Shown here: positions 1 to 16,920 of the stretch, piece after piece
Layout of the letters: each line of letters begins with the position of its first letter
Position numbering within the stretch: the stretch's first letter is position 1
Source of the DNA: Eledone cirrhosa
Lineage: Eukaryota
DNA length: 64,000 nucleotides
Direction: 5' to 3'
Assembly (NCBI GenBank): GCA_964016885.1
Contig: OZ024742.1
Location: forward strand, 47,306,001 to 47,370,000
The notes under the pieces: model-generated
What the model saw: the letters and a program-made list of their open reading frames with translations, nothing else
Databases searched by the model: none
What the model was told of the DNA's origin: nothing
Position numbers and translations under genes: made by a program

Positions 1-204
1 TATAAATAACGACATATGTCGTTATTTATAAACGTTTGGCTTGGACGCCCTTGAAATATATATAATAAAATAAATATGGTTTTATAAATATAGTTTCAAT
101 TTATTATTATCTGGGAATATTTACTCCAGTAAAGTGTTGAGTGCTCTATATCAGTTATAAACATTTATGTTTGTCGGAATTCCAACAAATTAATACAACT
201 CCTA

Positions 205-1800
<1,596 letters not shown>

Positions 1801-1802
1801 TA

Positions 1803-2342
<540 letters not shown>

Positions 2343-2746
2343 ATATATATACATAATCGTGGGTCTTCCAATTACAATGGTATGTTGAGAAATCATTCCC
2401 TTTTACAAATTATGAAATATTTTGTTTATATATTTGATGTTACAAAGATCGATAACTTTGTTCCGATTTAACTATTCCTCGCCAGATTTATAAACTATTT
2501 TCTTATACAAATGTTATTAAAATTAGAGAAATTAATTCATAAAACATCCATTTTGACACTAAAGATACGAATAAATTAAACACATACGTAGAATTTACAA
2601 CATCAACTGATGTCCTCGATCCCGTAGAATTTCTAAATTGATAATGACGATATAGAGATGGAGATTTAAACCAGTCAACACATTTAGTTCATTAAAACAA
2701 AAGATTAACAATGTAGATTTCCATAATAGACGCATATGAATTATAG

Positions 2747-2780
<34 letters not shown>

Positions 2781-2831
2781 TTTATATGAATCTATGTATG
2801 TATCTGTGTGTGAATGTTGTGTGTGTTTGTG

Positions 2832-2889
<58 letters not shown>

Positions 2890-3042
2890 CGTGTAAGTTC
2901 GGGAGTTCACAGGTGAAACTCCAAAATAACAAGGCTAACCACTTATAAAAGAAATAGTTAAATTCTACATCAGTATTGAATACACATTCTCCCGACCGTC
3001 AGTTGCACGACTGTATATATATATATATATATATATATACGA

Positions 3043-3183
<141 letters not shown>

Positions 3184-3343
3184 GACAGAGAGAAGGAAAG
3201 CGACAGTGACTTTGTAGCATCTAAGCTATCACTTTGCATTTACTGTCACTTTTGTACTTAGAAAATGTATGTCTACACTCGAAAAGAGTATTGAGTGCTC
3301 ATTCAGTTAATATTTCAGAGTTTGAAAGTTGTAAATGCTACGG

Positions 3344-3459
<116 letters not shown>

Positions 3460-3992
3460 GTGTATGTGAATATATATATATATATATATATATATAGATA
3501 TGTGTGTGTGTGTGTGTACGCTTCTTTTACTCTAACTTTTTGTTCAACGTAACATATATTCTATAATATTTATAGTATCATAACAATCACATTTTCAAAG
3601 TTTCAGAAGTCTACGAATTATACATTATCTTCTTATATTTGCAATTCATCTATTATTCTGTTTCTTCGCTATTTTCTTTTTTTTTGGGGTATTTTTCATT
3701 CGACATGTCTTCACTCCATATCAATTCCCTCCCTCTATATTCTGTTTTTGTTTTCATTTTCGTATGTTTGTTTCTCTCTCTTCGCATCAGGCCGTCAAAT
3801 CCTCTATATTTACTTCATGAGATATTAACAAATTTAAATATAGAAAATATCAAAATAGAAGAACCTACGCCAACGCACGAAGATATTCTAAATGAATTCC
3901 AATTAAACAAACACACATATCTATATAAATATTAAGACACACGCATGGAAGCACATACATACAGACACACACAAACACACACTCACACTTAC

Positions 3993-4040
<48 letters not shown>

Positions 4041-4059
4041 ATATGTATGTATGTATATG

Positions 4060-4092
<33 letters not shown>

Positions 4093-4095
4093 ATG

Positions 4096-4131
<36 letters not shown>

Positions 4132-4143
4132 AGTTTGTGTGTG

Positions 4144-4205
<62 letters not shown>

Positions 4206-4284
4206 TACATATATATGTATATATATATGCATAGATTGATAGATGGAAACATAGATACATAGATACATAGATACATAGATACAT

Positions 4285-4362
<78 letters not shown>

Positions 4363-4451
4363 TATATATTTATATATATATATAAGAGATGGTGATGAAG
4401 CGACGAGAATACTAAATCATAATTGACGTTAAGTGATAAATAATTCCCAAT

Positions 4452-4549
4452 AAGTCCCTGAAGATGTTATTCACTGCCAGAAATAATGATTTGTATCAAG
4501 TGTACACTTAACTGAAAGAATAAATACAAATAGAAATACATTAGGACTT
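4452..4549 (+). ncRNA. Hammerhead-like motif with long stem II
   Basis: AAGTCC-CTGAAGA-[68 nt containing ATTTGTAT/ATACAAAT]-GAAA-TACAT-TA-GGACTT. Stem I is a perfect 6 bp; stem III is imperfect. Confidence 0.55.
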
Positions 4550-5115
4550 GTTTTATTCACATCTCGTATTTTATTTTACTTGCGTAACTGTTTTTCGTTT
4601 TGTTTTCTTTGGCGAGGGAGGCTTGTCATGAAACTGCACACACGTACGAGAAGTAAGTGAGTGAGTAAACAAGTTTTTACGTTGACTGTTTTAAAGTAAA
4701 CAATCATATACATGTACGATAAAACACACAAATATTTCTAACAAAAGCAACAACAACAACACCAACAAACATAATTAAAATAATACCTCTTATAAAGTAG
4801 TGATGGCTGATTATATATTTTAAGTAGTATTGTTTATATTCAGTCAAACTTAATGGAGCAGACTTAAGCTCCTGGGCATTCCGGTCATGGCATTTTGGTT
4901 TTTATTTTCAGATATAGTGTATCAATGACTACATCATCTTTCGTTTCCGACTTCAGGGGAATTTAATTATTATTTTTCGCAGGTTCCGTAAACGCATACA
5001 TGTTACATCCTTCGCTCTATGCATATTTGTAGGTCAGAAGACTGTTATGGATTAGCAGAAACTGATACTACTTTGTAAAAGTACATTCTTGTCTTCTCAC
5101 TATTCCTAAATTACA

Positions 5116-5158
5116 TCTTCTTCTTCTTCTTCTTCTTCTTCTTCTTCTTCTTCTTCTT

Positions 5159-5245
<87 letters not shown>
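5116..5245. repeat. Compound (TTC)n(ATT)n microsatellite, left flank of the LINE
   Basis: Direct reading. Confidence 0.97.
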
Positions 5246-5456
5246 GGCTACCTACGTAGCAAATCATATTATATTGAGCTCCGCAAAGGTTTGTTATTTC
5301 CTTTTATTAAAAAATTGCCATTCATGGAAAATTTTATTGTTAACTGTTTATAAGCGCACATACATTGTTTTCCGAAAAGGACACCCAAAAAGATTGGGGC
5401 CTGGTGCCCAAAATTTAAACTTTTATGATTATCAAAAAATTTCTTTGAAAAAAAAA

Positions 5457-7430
5457 ATGGCTAATTCACCTCTGCACCAAGCAGCTGAGAGCCTTCCTCA
5501 CAAACTAACACCTCACACCGACACCACCATTGTAAATATTACTACGTTTGCCAACACAAAAAATGTAAGCAGTAGCAATATTTTTAATTTGTCTCAGGCA
5601 GACATTCATTTCCTGCCATTACCAATGACTGCAGGTGTTAAAGCCGCCACCACCAACACCACCGCGACAACCCCCACCCCCACAACCACCGCGACAACAG
5701 AAACAAAAGGAAAAAATAAATCAACTCGTGATGTCGAAATGTTTTCAACCAAAATGAACTCATCCACACCGAACACCACTGACGTCACCACAACCACAAC
5801 TGAAACTAAAATTAATAATAACAAAAATAACGATAACAACAACAGCAACAATGACATTAAAAAAACCACCCTGAGTTTTGCCAGAGTAGCAAGACAGTGC
5901 GAAGCATTTACGGTAACTCAGGATGAATTAGAAAATGCCCCAAAAATGGTAAAGAAAGATGGGTACAGGGTCAGCCCCCCCCCTAATAAAATGGAGCATC
6001 GGCGCCTATGCACCGTGTCTTATCGAACAATTAATGTAAAATCGCTCCGAGTGGAACGGGCATCCGAGTCCCAAATCCAAAAAGCTTTGGGACATGTGTG
6101 GGCAAGAAAAACCCAAATCAGACGTGGGCAGAAGTATTGAAGCGTAGACGTATTCTTTGAAACACCAGAGGGGGCTAGAGAACACTCCATGGCTCCATTA
6201 AGAAGTGACGACTTCACACTCGTCCCAAGCTATTGTGGCCAGAGACTCGTAAATATCAGGGTGACCCACGTTCCACCGGCCATCGAAATTCCCTGGCTAA
6301 TAGCGGCCGTCCTCGCCGGCATCGAAGCCAACACAAAGATAATAGCAATAGCAAAAGAAAAGCAGGAGAACTGGTCCGGATCTGGGATGGAGCTCCTGAT
6401 CCAAGCGGACCAAAAAAGCATTGAGGAGATCCCAGAGGTAATAGACCTCACTGACGGCAGCCACCTTACCGTAATTGCCGAGGGCAGAAGGCCTAGGTGT
6501 GTCGTCTGTGGTGAAGGAACCCACCTAAGGGCTTTCTGCCCTCAGGCTAAAAGGTTGAGGCCAGCTTTCCTACCCACCCCAGTGACTCAACCATCAACAC
6601 CACCAGTAGCAGAGATGGCAGCAACAACTGTAGCAGCAACAACAGAAGCAACTATAACAGCAACAACCCCAGCAACAGTAGCTAAACCAACACCACCAAC
6701 ACCAGCAAAACCAACACCACACCACCCAACGCTTCAGAACTAGCACCAGCGCCCACACCATCCACCACGCCACAACCAAAACTAACGCCCGTGGAGGATT
6801 TTCCACTCCTCGGCCTACCACAACTGGAGACAGATTGTGACGACGAGTGGGAAACGGTATCAGGAAAAAAAAAGAAACCTAAAAAGAAAAAATTCTCTTC
6901 CTTCCCCCTCCAAAAACAAAATACAGAGGGAAAAAAATAAATTAACAAACAAAAAAGTTAGGACAGATATGCCACCATCCACACCAGCATCACAAACCCC
7001 ATCACCCCAAACAGCAACACCATCACCATCATTAACCCCAATACCACCATCACTTACACCACAAAAGTCACCAAAATGCGAAACAGAAACAAACCCACAA
7101 CAAACGCAAACAAAACAAAACAACCAAAACGATACACACTACACAGCATAACATTTGAACAACAAGCAATTATTACACTACATCCAACACAACACCAGCA
7201 TCACAGAAAAAGACTACACAACAACCCAAAAATTCACACCAAATCCACACATACAAATCACTCGCATCACACAGAAAACTTACATGACACTAAAACAAAA
7301 ATTCCCCAAAGACATCGGAGACTTCCCACAAGCACTCTCCAGGAGGATTTATAAGGACATCCTTCCGGAGGAGGCCACAAGCAGTGAAAAGGATGGAAAA
7401 ACCGTCCTTCCTCTACGAGAAGTAAGGTAA
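5457..7430 (+). pseudogene. LINE ORF1 (gag-like) with CCHC zinc knuckle; interrupted
   Basis: ATG at 5457. An in-frame TGA at 6138 is followed by the same frame to 6743, which contains CVVCGEGTHLRAFC (CX2CX4HX4C). Thr/Pro-rich spacers and a basic KKKKPKKKK stretch follow, with frameshifts after ~6700. Confidence 0.8.
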
Positions 7431-7464
7431 GTGGTCTTTCCCATCTTTTCCACTCCTTTTTAAC

Positions 7465-10400
7465 ATGACCTCACTCAGAATAGGTAGCATAAATGCGCGT
7501 GGCTTGGGGTCGTCAAGGAAGCAGGGCCACCTGCTCAACGACCTCAGGTCTATAAACATAGGTGTAGTGGCCATCAGCGAGACCAGAATCTCCGAAGCAC
7601 GGGCCTTCGCACCGATCTTCGGCGGCTACGATGTGTACGCATCTCCCAGCCGTCCGGGATCGGGGGGGAGGAGTTACTGTGCTTTTTCGGAGAGGTTTGG
7701 ATCTCGCCATACGGGCCATCTTCCTGGACCCAGAAGGTAAGTTGGTGGTGCTGGACGTGACCAGCGGAGACGGGCAAGCTTTCAGGTTAGTGGCCGTCTA
7801 TGCACCGACAGGAGCAGGGCAGCCTGATTTCTTCCGGCGTCTAGAGACCTTTCTTAGAACGTCCCGCTTTTTAGTGTTAGTGGGCGACTGGAACGGGATC
7901 TTAGATGCACGCTGGGATTGTGTGGAATTAGTGGATAGGGAAGGAGGGTGCAAGAGTCTTACCAACCTGCTCAGGCGTTTTGAACTGTCTGACAGGTACC
8001 GAATGGATTTCCCGAATGTACCAATGTGGACTTGGACAAATCGCATAGGGTCATCCAGATTATATCTAGATAGAGTATTTTGTAGGGAAATAGATAGGTC
8101 TAGCATAGGCTGTCCACAATTCAAGATAGTCAGCTACACGGACCATAAATTCGTGATCTGTGTGCTTGACTTAGATAAGCTTCATAGACGAGGACCCGGC
8201 TACTGGAAGCTAAACGCGTGCTTACCAGCACGCAAGACCTACAGAGACGGGATTAGCGAACTAGTTAAGCGGGCGTTGACGGGGGCCATCGTCAACAACA
8301 AGTCGTGGTTTGCTCTGAAAAGAGCAATTAGAATAGAGTCCATTACATTTAGTAAGGCTTTAGCAATAGAGAAACATAGAGCAGAGGGAGAATTAGTTAG
8401 AAAATTAGACGAGGCGCTTAGCAAAGGCATCGCGACCGACGTACTTGCGGCGAAATGGGCCCTTGACCAATTCTTCAATGCAAAGCACGAAGGCTGCGTT
8501 GTCAGAGCTAGGGTACGTGCTCTCAGACACGAGTGGACGAAAGCAGTTCAATGGGCCCGAGTGGCGGAGGCGCGTCATGACAACAAAGCCACGATCCGGT
8601 ATTTGGTGGACCACGACGGGCGCATGCTACTCGATCCCGGGCAAATGTGTGAAGCTTTTCAGCGACACTTCGCTCAACTGTTCGGGGGCAGTGGCGGGCC
8701 GGTTCGAGGGATGGACTTTAGTGTCTACCTCGACGGACTGCCGCGGCTTACGGCCACTGAGGCGGAGTGTTGCGAAAAGCCGATAACAGCCGATGAAGTA
8801 CGGGAGGCAATAACTGGCTGCACAAGGGGTAAATCGCCTGGTTTGGATGGTCTGCCCTATGAACTTTACGTACAGATGCCAGACTTGTTCGGAGGCCTCT
8901 TGGCGGACGTCTACTGCAACTGGCAACAGAACGGGAGAATTCCCAGCTCTGTGAGCCGAGGAGAGGTGGCGCTGCTGAGAAAGGATCCGAGCATGGGGGA
9001 TAACATAGATAATTTTAGGCCCATCTCTGCTAAACAAAGAGTTCAAGATTTTGGCCAAGGTGCTAGCAAAGAGGTTGGCGCTTGTCGTTGGTGGTCTGGT
9101 GGGAGAGGCACAGACTTGCGCCATTCCCGACAGATCCATCCACGACAACCTTCACCTCATGCGATACATCGTAGAGAGGGTAGCTAGGGAACCTGGTACG
9201 GGTGGGTCTTTGATCAGTTTAGATCAGTCGAAAGCCTTCGATAGGGTCGACCATCGTTACCTAGCGGCAGTCCTGAGGTCGGCTGGCTTTGGGCCCGTCT
9301 TCAGAGGCTGGATCGCTGCCAAGCACAGCGATATCTGCTCTGTAGTGAGAGTGAACGGTCACCTTTCGGAACCGTTCAACATCATGCGCTCGGTCCGCCA
9401 AGGATGTCCCCTCTCGTCCCTATTGTACGTATTGACTCTCGAGCCATTACTGCACAAACTGGAGACGTTGAGGGGGTCCCGCGCGAACTAGGATGCGGAA
9501 GATCCGTGTCAGCTTATGAGGACGATGTCATCGTAGTGGTGTCGAACGCCAAACACATCGAGGCGATCGGCACTACACTAAGAGAATACGCTGGACGGAC
9601 GGACCGGTTAAATTTCTAGGGTTCTGGTTCGGTCCAGACCACCTGACGGACAAAAACTGGGACGTGGTGACGAGCAGGGTGGCTTCTATCACCCAGAAAT
9701 GGGCCGAGAGGAAATAATCCCTGAAAGGTCGAGCAGAGGTGGCTAACGCGTACATCGCGTCCGTCAACTACTACCGCTTGACCGTCGTACCTTGTCCTAA
9801 GCCCCGCCTGACTGCGCTGGAGCGTTTGCTCTTTCGCTTCTTGTGGAAGGGACGCGCTCCGATGGTCAGGCGGTCCATCTGCTGTCAACACCCGCTACCT
9901 GGAGGGCTGGGCATGCCGTGGCTGATGATGCGCAGACACGCGCTCAGGCTACGACATCTCCACCTCTTCCTCGACGGTGATCAGGTGTGGTCGCCGTTTG
10001 CTAGACTCGTTTTTCCCCAGCTCGTCTCCTTGACGGAGCTGCAGTCCTGGGTCAAGCGAAGACCGAGAGGGAGCGCTTGGAGACTGGAATGTCTTCAGGC
10101 GCTCACAGCCCTCGACCGATCGGGCAATGTGATCGGTGGAAACTCCACCTTGGCGTTCTATAGGGGATTAGTGGAGGGGAGGAGCGACGACGTACTTGGA
10201 GAAACTCTGGGCGTCGACGAAAATCAACTAGCCAATCTCTTCGGAAGGTCTTTCGGGCCGGGGCCTATGTACAACTTCCAGAAAAGTTGACCTGGCAGTG
10301 CTACCGAGGAGCTTTGCCAGTTCGGGATAAACTCTACAGGCATGGATGTGCCGTCAGCCGGGCATGTCCGAGATGCGCACAGGGCGACGAAACCCTCCTG

Positions 10401-10781
10401 CACACACTCGTCCAGTGTCCGAGCATTGCTGACTTGTGGGTTTATGTCGAACACCTGCTGTCACGTGTAGGACGGATCCAGCTATCAGCTGAGTCCATCG
10501 TGAGGATTGCCCCGCCCTCTTACTTTAGCCGGGAAGTGCAGGCAGTTTTTATCTGTCTGGTGGCCATGGCGAAAGAGATAGTATGGTGGACACGTTTGAA
10601 AGGGCTGAAGACGATCACTTACCTCTTCGGTGATGCCCTGATTAACTTTTTCAAATTTCATTTGAAAAAGAAAATCAGGGTAGAGAGGGAAGTGCTCTTT
10701 TACCAGCATTGTTTTGAAAGATGGGTGAGAGAAGCAAGTATGGCCCGAATGAATGGGCCTTCTCTGAGTATGAGTCTGTAA
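7465..10781 (+). pseudogene. LINE ORF2: apurinic endonuclease, reverse transcriptase and zf-RVT; frameshifted
   Basis: Motifs SINARGL, VAISET, VAVYAP, VGDWN, YLDRVF, TDH, GPGYWKLN, KSPGLDGLPYE, NFRPIS, SLDQSKAFDRVDH, VRQGCPLS, AYEDDV, GGLGMP and CPRC..DETLLHTLVQC. Frameshifts at ~7660, ~9030, ~9480 and ~10287, an apparent deletion at ~9590, and a stop at ~9716. Confidence 0.93.
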
Positions 10782-11024
10782 ATTAAAGGTGGACAACTGG
10801 GAGAGTACACTTGCCCTGGTGGTTAGGGTCACTGTGGTCTTTTAATGGGCTTTCTCCACAAATGTGCCTCGGAAGTCTCCCCCCTATTGGGGAATTTTTC
10901 TTTGTTATTTTATTACATCCTCTGTTTTTTTTACACGCAGAAATGCCCATTTGTACCGTCCTGTATTGTCCTGTACTGTCCTTAATGTCTACTTTATGTA
11001 AACCCTTGTGGTTAATAAAGAAAA

Positions 11025-11025
<1 letters not shown>

Positions 11026-11083
<58 letters not shown>
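11026..11083. repeat. (ATT)n microsatellite, right flank of the LINE
   Basis: Direct reading. Confidence 0.97.
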
Positions 11084-11084
<1 letters not shown>

Positions 11085-11189
11085 CATTATGTATTTATTT
11101 AATGCTCCGTTCTGTGTGTTCTGTAAGAAGGACTTCCTCCCCTTATTTTGATTATCGAATGCCGAAGCATGTGCTTTATTGCACCAACT

Positions 11190-11640
11190 CCTTTAATTCT
11201 TGCACTTAATCCAGCCTCCACTGTTCCACCACTCGTTGAGAGAGCCCCGAGATACCATCTTCAATAGCGTAATTCCATTCACATGTAAAGTGCCGGCTTC
11301 CTTGAGCGGGCATTAGTCTCAATCTGCGCAGGATTGCTTTTCATTCCGGCCTTGCAGCACTCGGCATCAAGACTATCAAGTGCAAGTTGGTTATCACCCT
11401 CTGTCGAGTTAAGTATCACAATATCTTCTGAAAATTCCAGCCGACTGATTTACACCTGCCAGTCATGATACCACTTCCAACACTATTGCACATGTCAAGT
11501 GCGTTCACGAAAATAAGGAAAAGGAGAGGTGACAGTACACAACCTTGGCAGAGTCCGATTCGCTCATTGAATGGTTTCGATTTAGCACCCTTTATTCGAA
11601 TACAGATACTCGGTCATTCGAAGCCCACCATCGAACCCAT
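11190..11640 (-). mobile_element. RTE-like LINE RT fragment, decayed
   Basis: The minus strand reads CIRIKGAKSKPFNERIGLCQGCVLSPLLFLIFVNAL and later YLGALSTSGGTVEAGLSARIKG. It is similar to 30560-30780. Confidence 0.75.
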
Positions 11641-12685
11641 ACTCCATCTGAACCTTCCACATCAGTTCCCATGCGAGGCGCTCATATGCAATTTCCAGGT
11701 TTATAAAACAAGTATATATGGTGAAGCATGATTATATACAGAAAGTAATATAAGGTAGAAAATAACTATAGTAGAAAATATAATTACAATAGTAGCATGT
11801 GAGTCAGGATTCGGACATACCATGCAACACACCACAGCTTATATTCTCAAGATACACTGATTCAATCTCAGGTAGTTAAAAATACCTTAATGCTGTCGTC
11901 TCGGTAGAATTACCACACTTATCTCGAATTATTTTATATAAGAACTCACATATGATTTTTCACTTAGCATTTTTACTTCCTTATCAATAACAAACCTGTT
12001 TCAACCAGAATATCCTCCTAATTACAATTATCAATACTTAAAGCTCTGCATCATAAACTTTCATTCCTTGAATATCATTTTATTTCTCTTCCTTCAAATT
12101 TCCTTACTCTTTATATCACATAGCCAGCAATAAAAAAGAATTTAAATCATCTCAAATGTATTTTAGATTTATGCTATTATCAGGAATTTAGGTAAAAATC
12201 TCCATATGAACGAAATCGCTTTTTTCTGATATTAAGAAGTTTTTGCTTTTCAACCAAAATAAATAATCGTGTTTTGCATAGGTATCAATCATCAGAAGTT
12301 TAGGGGCGTTTTGTTGGAGATTTACATTAATACATTCTAAAGTAAGGCTTAATGATGTGAAATGATTGAATGTTGGATTATTTAGAAACTAAACTGAATG
12401 TTATGTCCGATAAGAATTCTTCTTCCTGCACAGAGTTTAGATCTCATATGTGAAATATAGCTTAGTAGAATCAGCCCATGACAAGAAAAACTCAGTAAAT
12501 ATGTAATATATTAAAGTGCAATTTCTGTACAGTTTATCTTGTAGTTGAATAAATTCAAAATAATATGACATTAATAAACTTGTTTCCCTTAATTAATGCA
12601 AATTAAGGGAAACAATTGTATTAATAATTAATACCAATTATTATTGATATTATTGATTTATTAGGTAACACAAACAGTAATATAA

Positions 12686-12900
12686 TGGTTTCTGATTTAG
12701 GCACAAGGCCAACAATTTTTGGGAAGAGGAAAGACGACTAAATCAACCCCAGTGTGTTACTGGTACTTTATTTTATCCACACCGTAATGCTGAAAGTTAA
12801 AGCAAACCTCGGTGGGATTTAAACCTAGCACATAAAGAAATGTAGCTGTATGCTACTATGCATGTTGTCCGACGCTCTAGTGATACTGCCAATACACCGC
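12686..12900 (-). mobile_element. tRNA-headed SINE (Nin/Deu-type core), older copy
   Basis: GGCACAAGGCC...ACTGGTACTTTATTTTATC...ACCTCGGTGGGATTT matches the other SINE copies in the window. Confidence 0.8.
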
Positions 12901-14336
12901 CCTGCGGACCTGAATTATTATGAAAGCTTATTATGTTTAAGGATCGGAGACGAACAATTATGATGTTTTCAAAATGGATATAATCGAGTCAATTGTTAGT
13001 TAATTGGAAATGGGCCGTATTCTAATTCCCCCATTTAATATTGCCAATGATACATCCTTTAGATGGTCGTTCAATATGCAAGAAATAGCAGTTGCATCTC
13101 CATCGTTACATGCTCTAATATTTAGGAAAGGAAGAATATATAGGATAATGTAATCCTAAAGTGGTTTGATCATAAATAGAAGGCCTTTGATCTCGGTTTC
13201 TACTGGATCGATCAGGACTGCTCACGTGCAATAATAAAAATAAAACCTCAACTACACGTTATATAAATGACAAATAAATGTTTGAAATCGTTCGTCGTTG
13301 TCATTGTTACTATTTTCATGCAAATATTTGTCATTTTTCCACATTAAATGAAAATAAATTACATATAGTTCCAACAGTGCTGACATCAAATTAAAAATAC
13401 CTCATCAAATGCCAGAAAATATTCTAGGAATAAGAAATAATTGAATTATGTTTAAGGCAAGATAGGTACGTATTTAATATTTTGATGTCACATTTTACAT
13501 TACATTTTAAATTAGCATTTCAAATAAAGGCAATTTTTATAGATTGTGCGTTAGTTTATTATCATTTCTTCATTTCAATTTGCAAAATTTTCTATCTCAT
13601 TTCCTCATTTCCGCACATTCTGACGTAATAGATAGTGTTCAAATTCGATAAATATTTTAGAAAGAAGTAAAGTTGTCACTGAAAGTTTTCTTTATTGAAT
13701 AAATTCCAAAATAATGTGAATATAACTTGAGTATCAGTTATAAAAATTTCTATGTAAAATAATATCTAATAATAATTGCAATTTTTACTACGTTTTAGTC
13801 ACTTTAATAAAACTAATATTGACAAATTAGATGCACCATAAGATGAAAGAGAAGTTTGCATTTTGTCTGATCAGTGGATGCAGGCAGATTGGAATGGTTA
13901 TGTTGTTCGCGGTGCACTCTTGAGGTCCCATTTTTTATCCATCCGTTGAAATGTTGTGCTTGTCTCTTTTATCAGAGCTTTGGGGGTGATCAAAGGTAGT
14001 GAGTAAAATTGTAACATTGGGTATACGGAAATTAGATGTAAGCCCATCCGATGAATAATAGCAGTAATTCAAATGTCTGGCCTTGTCACACGTGGTATCA
14101 ATCTGATTCGACTTTGTAAATAGGTTAGAGGGACTTGAGTCTGTGGAATACCTACGAGTTGGATTTTGAGTTGAGCAATGAACTGAATATTCATCGTTGC
14201 AATCGATAGAGGAATATTTCTTTCCAATGTGGGGTCGTTACCCATGTACTATCATATAAATGCGATGCTTCATTCACAACCTTCCTTATATTTCAACAAG
14301 ACTATTTCTTCTATATTATTTCACCGCTCTGGAATC

Positions 14337-14417
14337 CTGATGAGTTGAAAATACGACAAAGTAGGTTGCGCCATAATTTCAATCAGACGAAAGCCCAATA
14401 GTATTATCGTAGGGCTC
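14337..14417 (+). ncRNA. Hammerhead-like motif
   Basis: CTGATGA-GTTGAAA..TTTCAAT(cagac)-GAAA-GCCC..GGGC-TC. Stems II and III are good and the triplet is CUC; stem I is degenerate. Confidence 0.55.
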
Positions 14418-14660
14418 ATAATTAAAATACGAAATGAAATATATATGAACGTGATGTCGAACGTTTATGTAATTAGATCCAACTCTTTATCGGAATTCAA
14501 TTTATTAAAGGTGTAAATATGTCAGGGTAGCAAATAAAAAGTATAAAATCCAGCAACAAAATATCAACACCCTAATGATATGTAATATGACGTTGTGTTT
14601 GTATATATATAAATGTATACCAGATTTAGCTCTTTAAATATTGTACTTCCAAACATCAAA

Positions 14661-14807
<147 letters not shown>

Positions 14808-16299
14808 TACAGATATAGATGTATGCAGCGGCTGTATAGATGTGTATGTGTTTGTGTGTGTATGTCTGTATATGTAGGTGTGTGATTGGTTAAGCAATTT
14901 ATACCCTACAGTTAAAAGATAATTCTACCACAAACATATTTAAGTCTCTACTGGGTTCCGATCTTTTGTATCTTCAAATGACATCGTCAATGTTATGTCA
15001 GGACAAGTAGATACCACCAAAATGATTTCCAAGTTGTAAACTTATTTATAAGCGAAACATTATTCTCTTGGCATCTGAAGTAGACATAGAGGGTCATTGA
15101 TGAGATATACGTTGTTATTTGAGTAAAGAATACATTAAACTTTTAATCATAGCAGATGTACGTTTAAAAGTCTATATCAATTATTTATATAAAAAACTAT
15201 ATTTGGCGAGATGTATCAGCTGTCAGCTCGTCAAATAAAACTATTTGAACATATGGGTCTCCAGATTTATATATATTTGAACAATAACTATTTCCCTTTT
15301 CACACACACACTCAACCAATGTATCCTGCTCCGGTGTCGGTGGTACTTATGTATCGAATTATCATTTACGATATTTCAAGCGATTCTGTGAAAAATGTTC
15401 TATAAAGATTTGTATACAAGGCTATCTATTGCATCAGAAACTACAACACCCGAAATCCTCTACGGGAAAGGAGATCAACAAATAATGAAGAGTACCAACA
15501 TCTGAGACGCCATCTCATTGATTAAATGACTGGTGCTATGAGTCGCTGTAAATTGTAATTAACTGGTTATCAGTTTCTATTTCAGAAAGCAATACATTTC
15601 TGAACATGATATACAACAATTCGTTTACATTATTTTACATAAGCATCCATTTTAATTATCTTTTCAGTCTCGTTGGAAACTAAGCAGAATTCATTGTGAA
15701 ATCAATTAGTACACATTTTAATGATATACTTATAGAAATAATGTTATTATTGTAATCTGTAGTTCCTGCGCCTCTTCATATAGGCGTTTTTAATTCCATT
15801 ATTAATTACATTATTTCCATATAATAAATGTACGAAAATGAACGACGCCACTATCTCTCTGTATAATATAGTTTGAGAGTACAACGCAAACGAACAATCC
15901 TCCAAATACTGAATTCTGATGTATAATACCTTAAGTAAAATTCTGGTGTACGAATTCATGATCACAATTTACTGTGTTGCAAAAGAATAGAATAGCACTA
16001 ACATATTATATGTAGGCGATCATACACATACGCATGCACACACCCACGCATACACAGACATACACACATTCACGCACATTCTCTCACACAAACATAAGGA
16101 GATACACACATACGACTGCACTCACATACATTCAGTCTCTCAGAAACACATATGTATATTGAACATCGAACGACAAACCTCAATATACTCACGAACCACA
16201 GGAGCCTCACCACAATGAGACTGGACTAATCCAATCCTATCGATAGTAAACCACATGGTAGTAGTTTCTATACAATACCTCACCAAGAGTGGGTAAACA

Positions 16300-16920
16300 C
16301 CTTATGCTTTGAGGTCTGTGATAGCTTGTCAGTTCTGTTTTTACTCTTGTTAAATCGACTACTATACTATCTCCCAAACGTAGTTTTCAAACAGATAGGT
16401 CCATGAGTGTCTCACATCTTTTCTTTGAATACGATCTGAAGTTGTATGGGTCAAATATCAATCATATCAAAACGCAATTGAATCGCATTACACAATTTTC
16501 TGCAGTATATATTTTGGGATGTAAAATGTCGAAAAGTTGTATTCTCTGCCGAAAACTTTCCCATAAAGATCTCGATAATAAAAACGATGATAAACGGTAA
16601 CAACGACAGTGAGATTGAATATGGGGAGAATGCCAGATGCGATGGTTCCATAAATAAACACAGGGCAAGAAAATAATACAGCAACTATGGTCATCAGACG
16701 TTCAGCTATAAACAAACATATTGTCCACATAAACTTTTGCTATGACTATACGAACGTCTACGCTCAGTTTTGTTAACTGATCATTACAACTACTGAACGT
16801 GATGGATGAAGGAACTCGCTCTATGTTTCTGGGAATTTCAACATCAAGGTAGATGTGGATATGCTATATTTCTAACACCTGCAATATGGCTCTGGCTTGA
16901 AATCCAAACAAATAGGTATG
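16300..16920 (+). mobile_element. R4/Dong-like LINE RT relic
   Basis: CDSLSVLFLLLLN resembles QGDSLSPLLF and VSHLFFEYDLKLY resembles ISHLLYMDDLKLY; heavily decayed. Confidence 0.5.

Larger units (their letters stand above)
5246..11025 (+). mobile_element. L1-group (Tx1-like) non-LTR retrotransposon, near full length, decayed
   Basis: ORF1 has a zinc knuckle; ORF2 has APE endonuclease, RT and a C-terminal zinc finger. AATAAA lies at 11014-11019, and (ATT)n flanks both ends. Confidence 0.92.

Noticed and set aside
4600-4678. Possible 5' UTR exon ending GAGAA|GTAAGT
   Set aside because: A donor consensus alone is insufficient evidence.
6138-6140. TGA read-through in LINE ORF1
   Set aside because: The element has many other disabling lesions; this is probably a TGG>TGA mutation.
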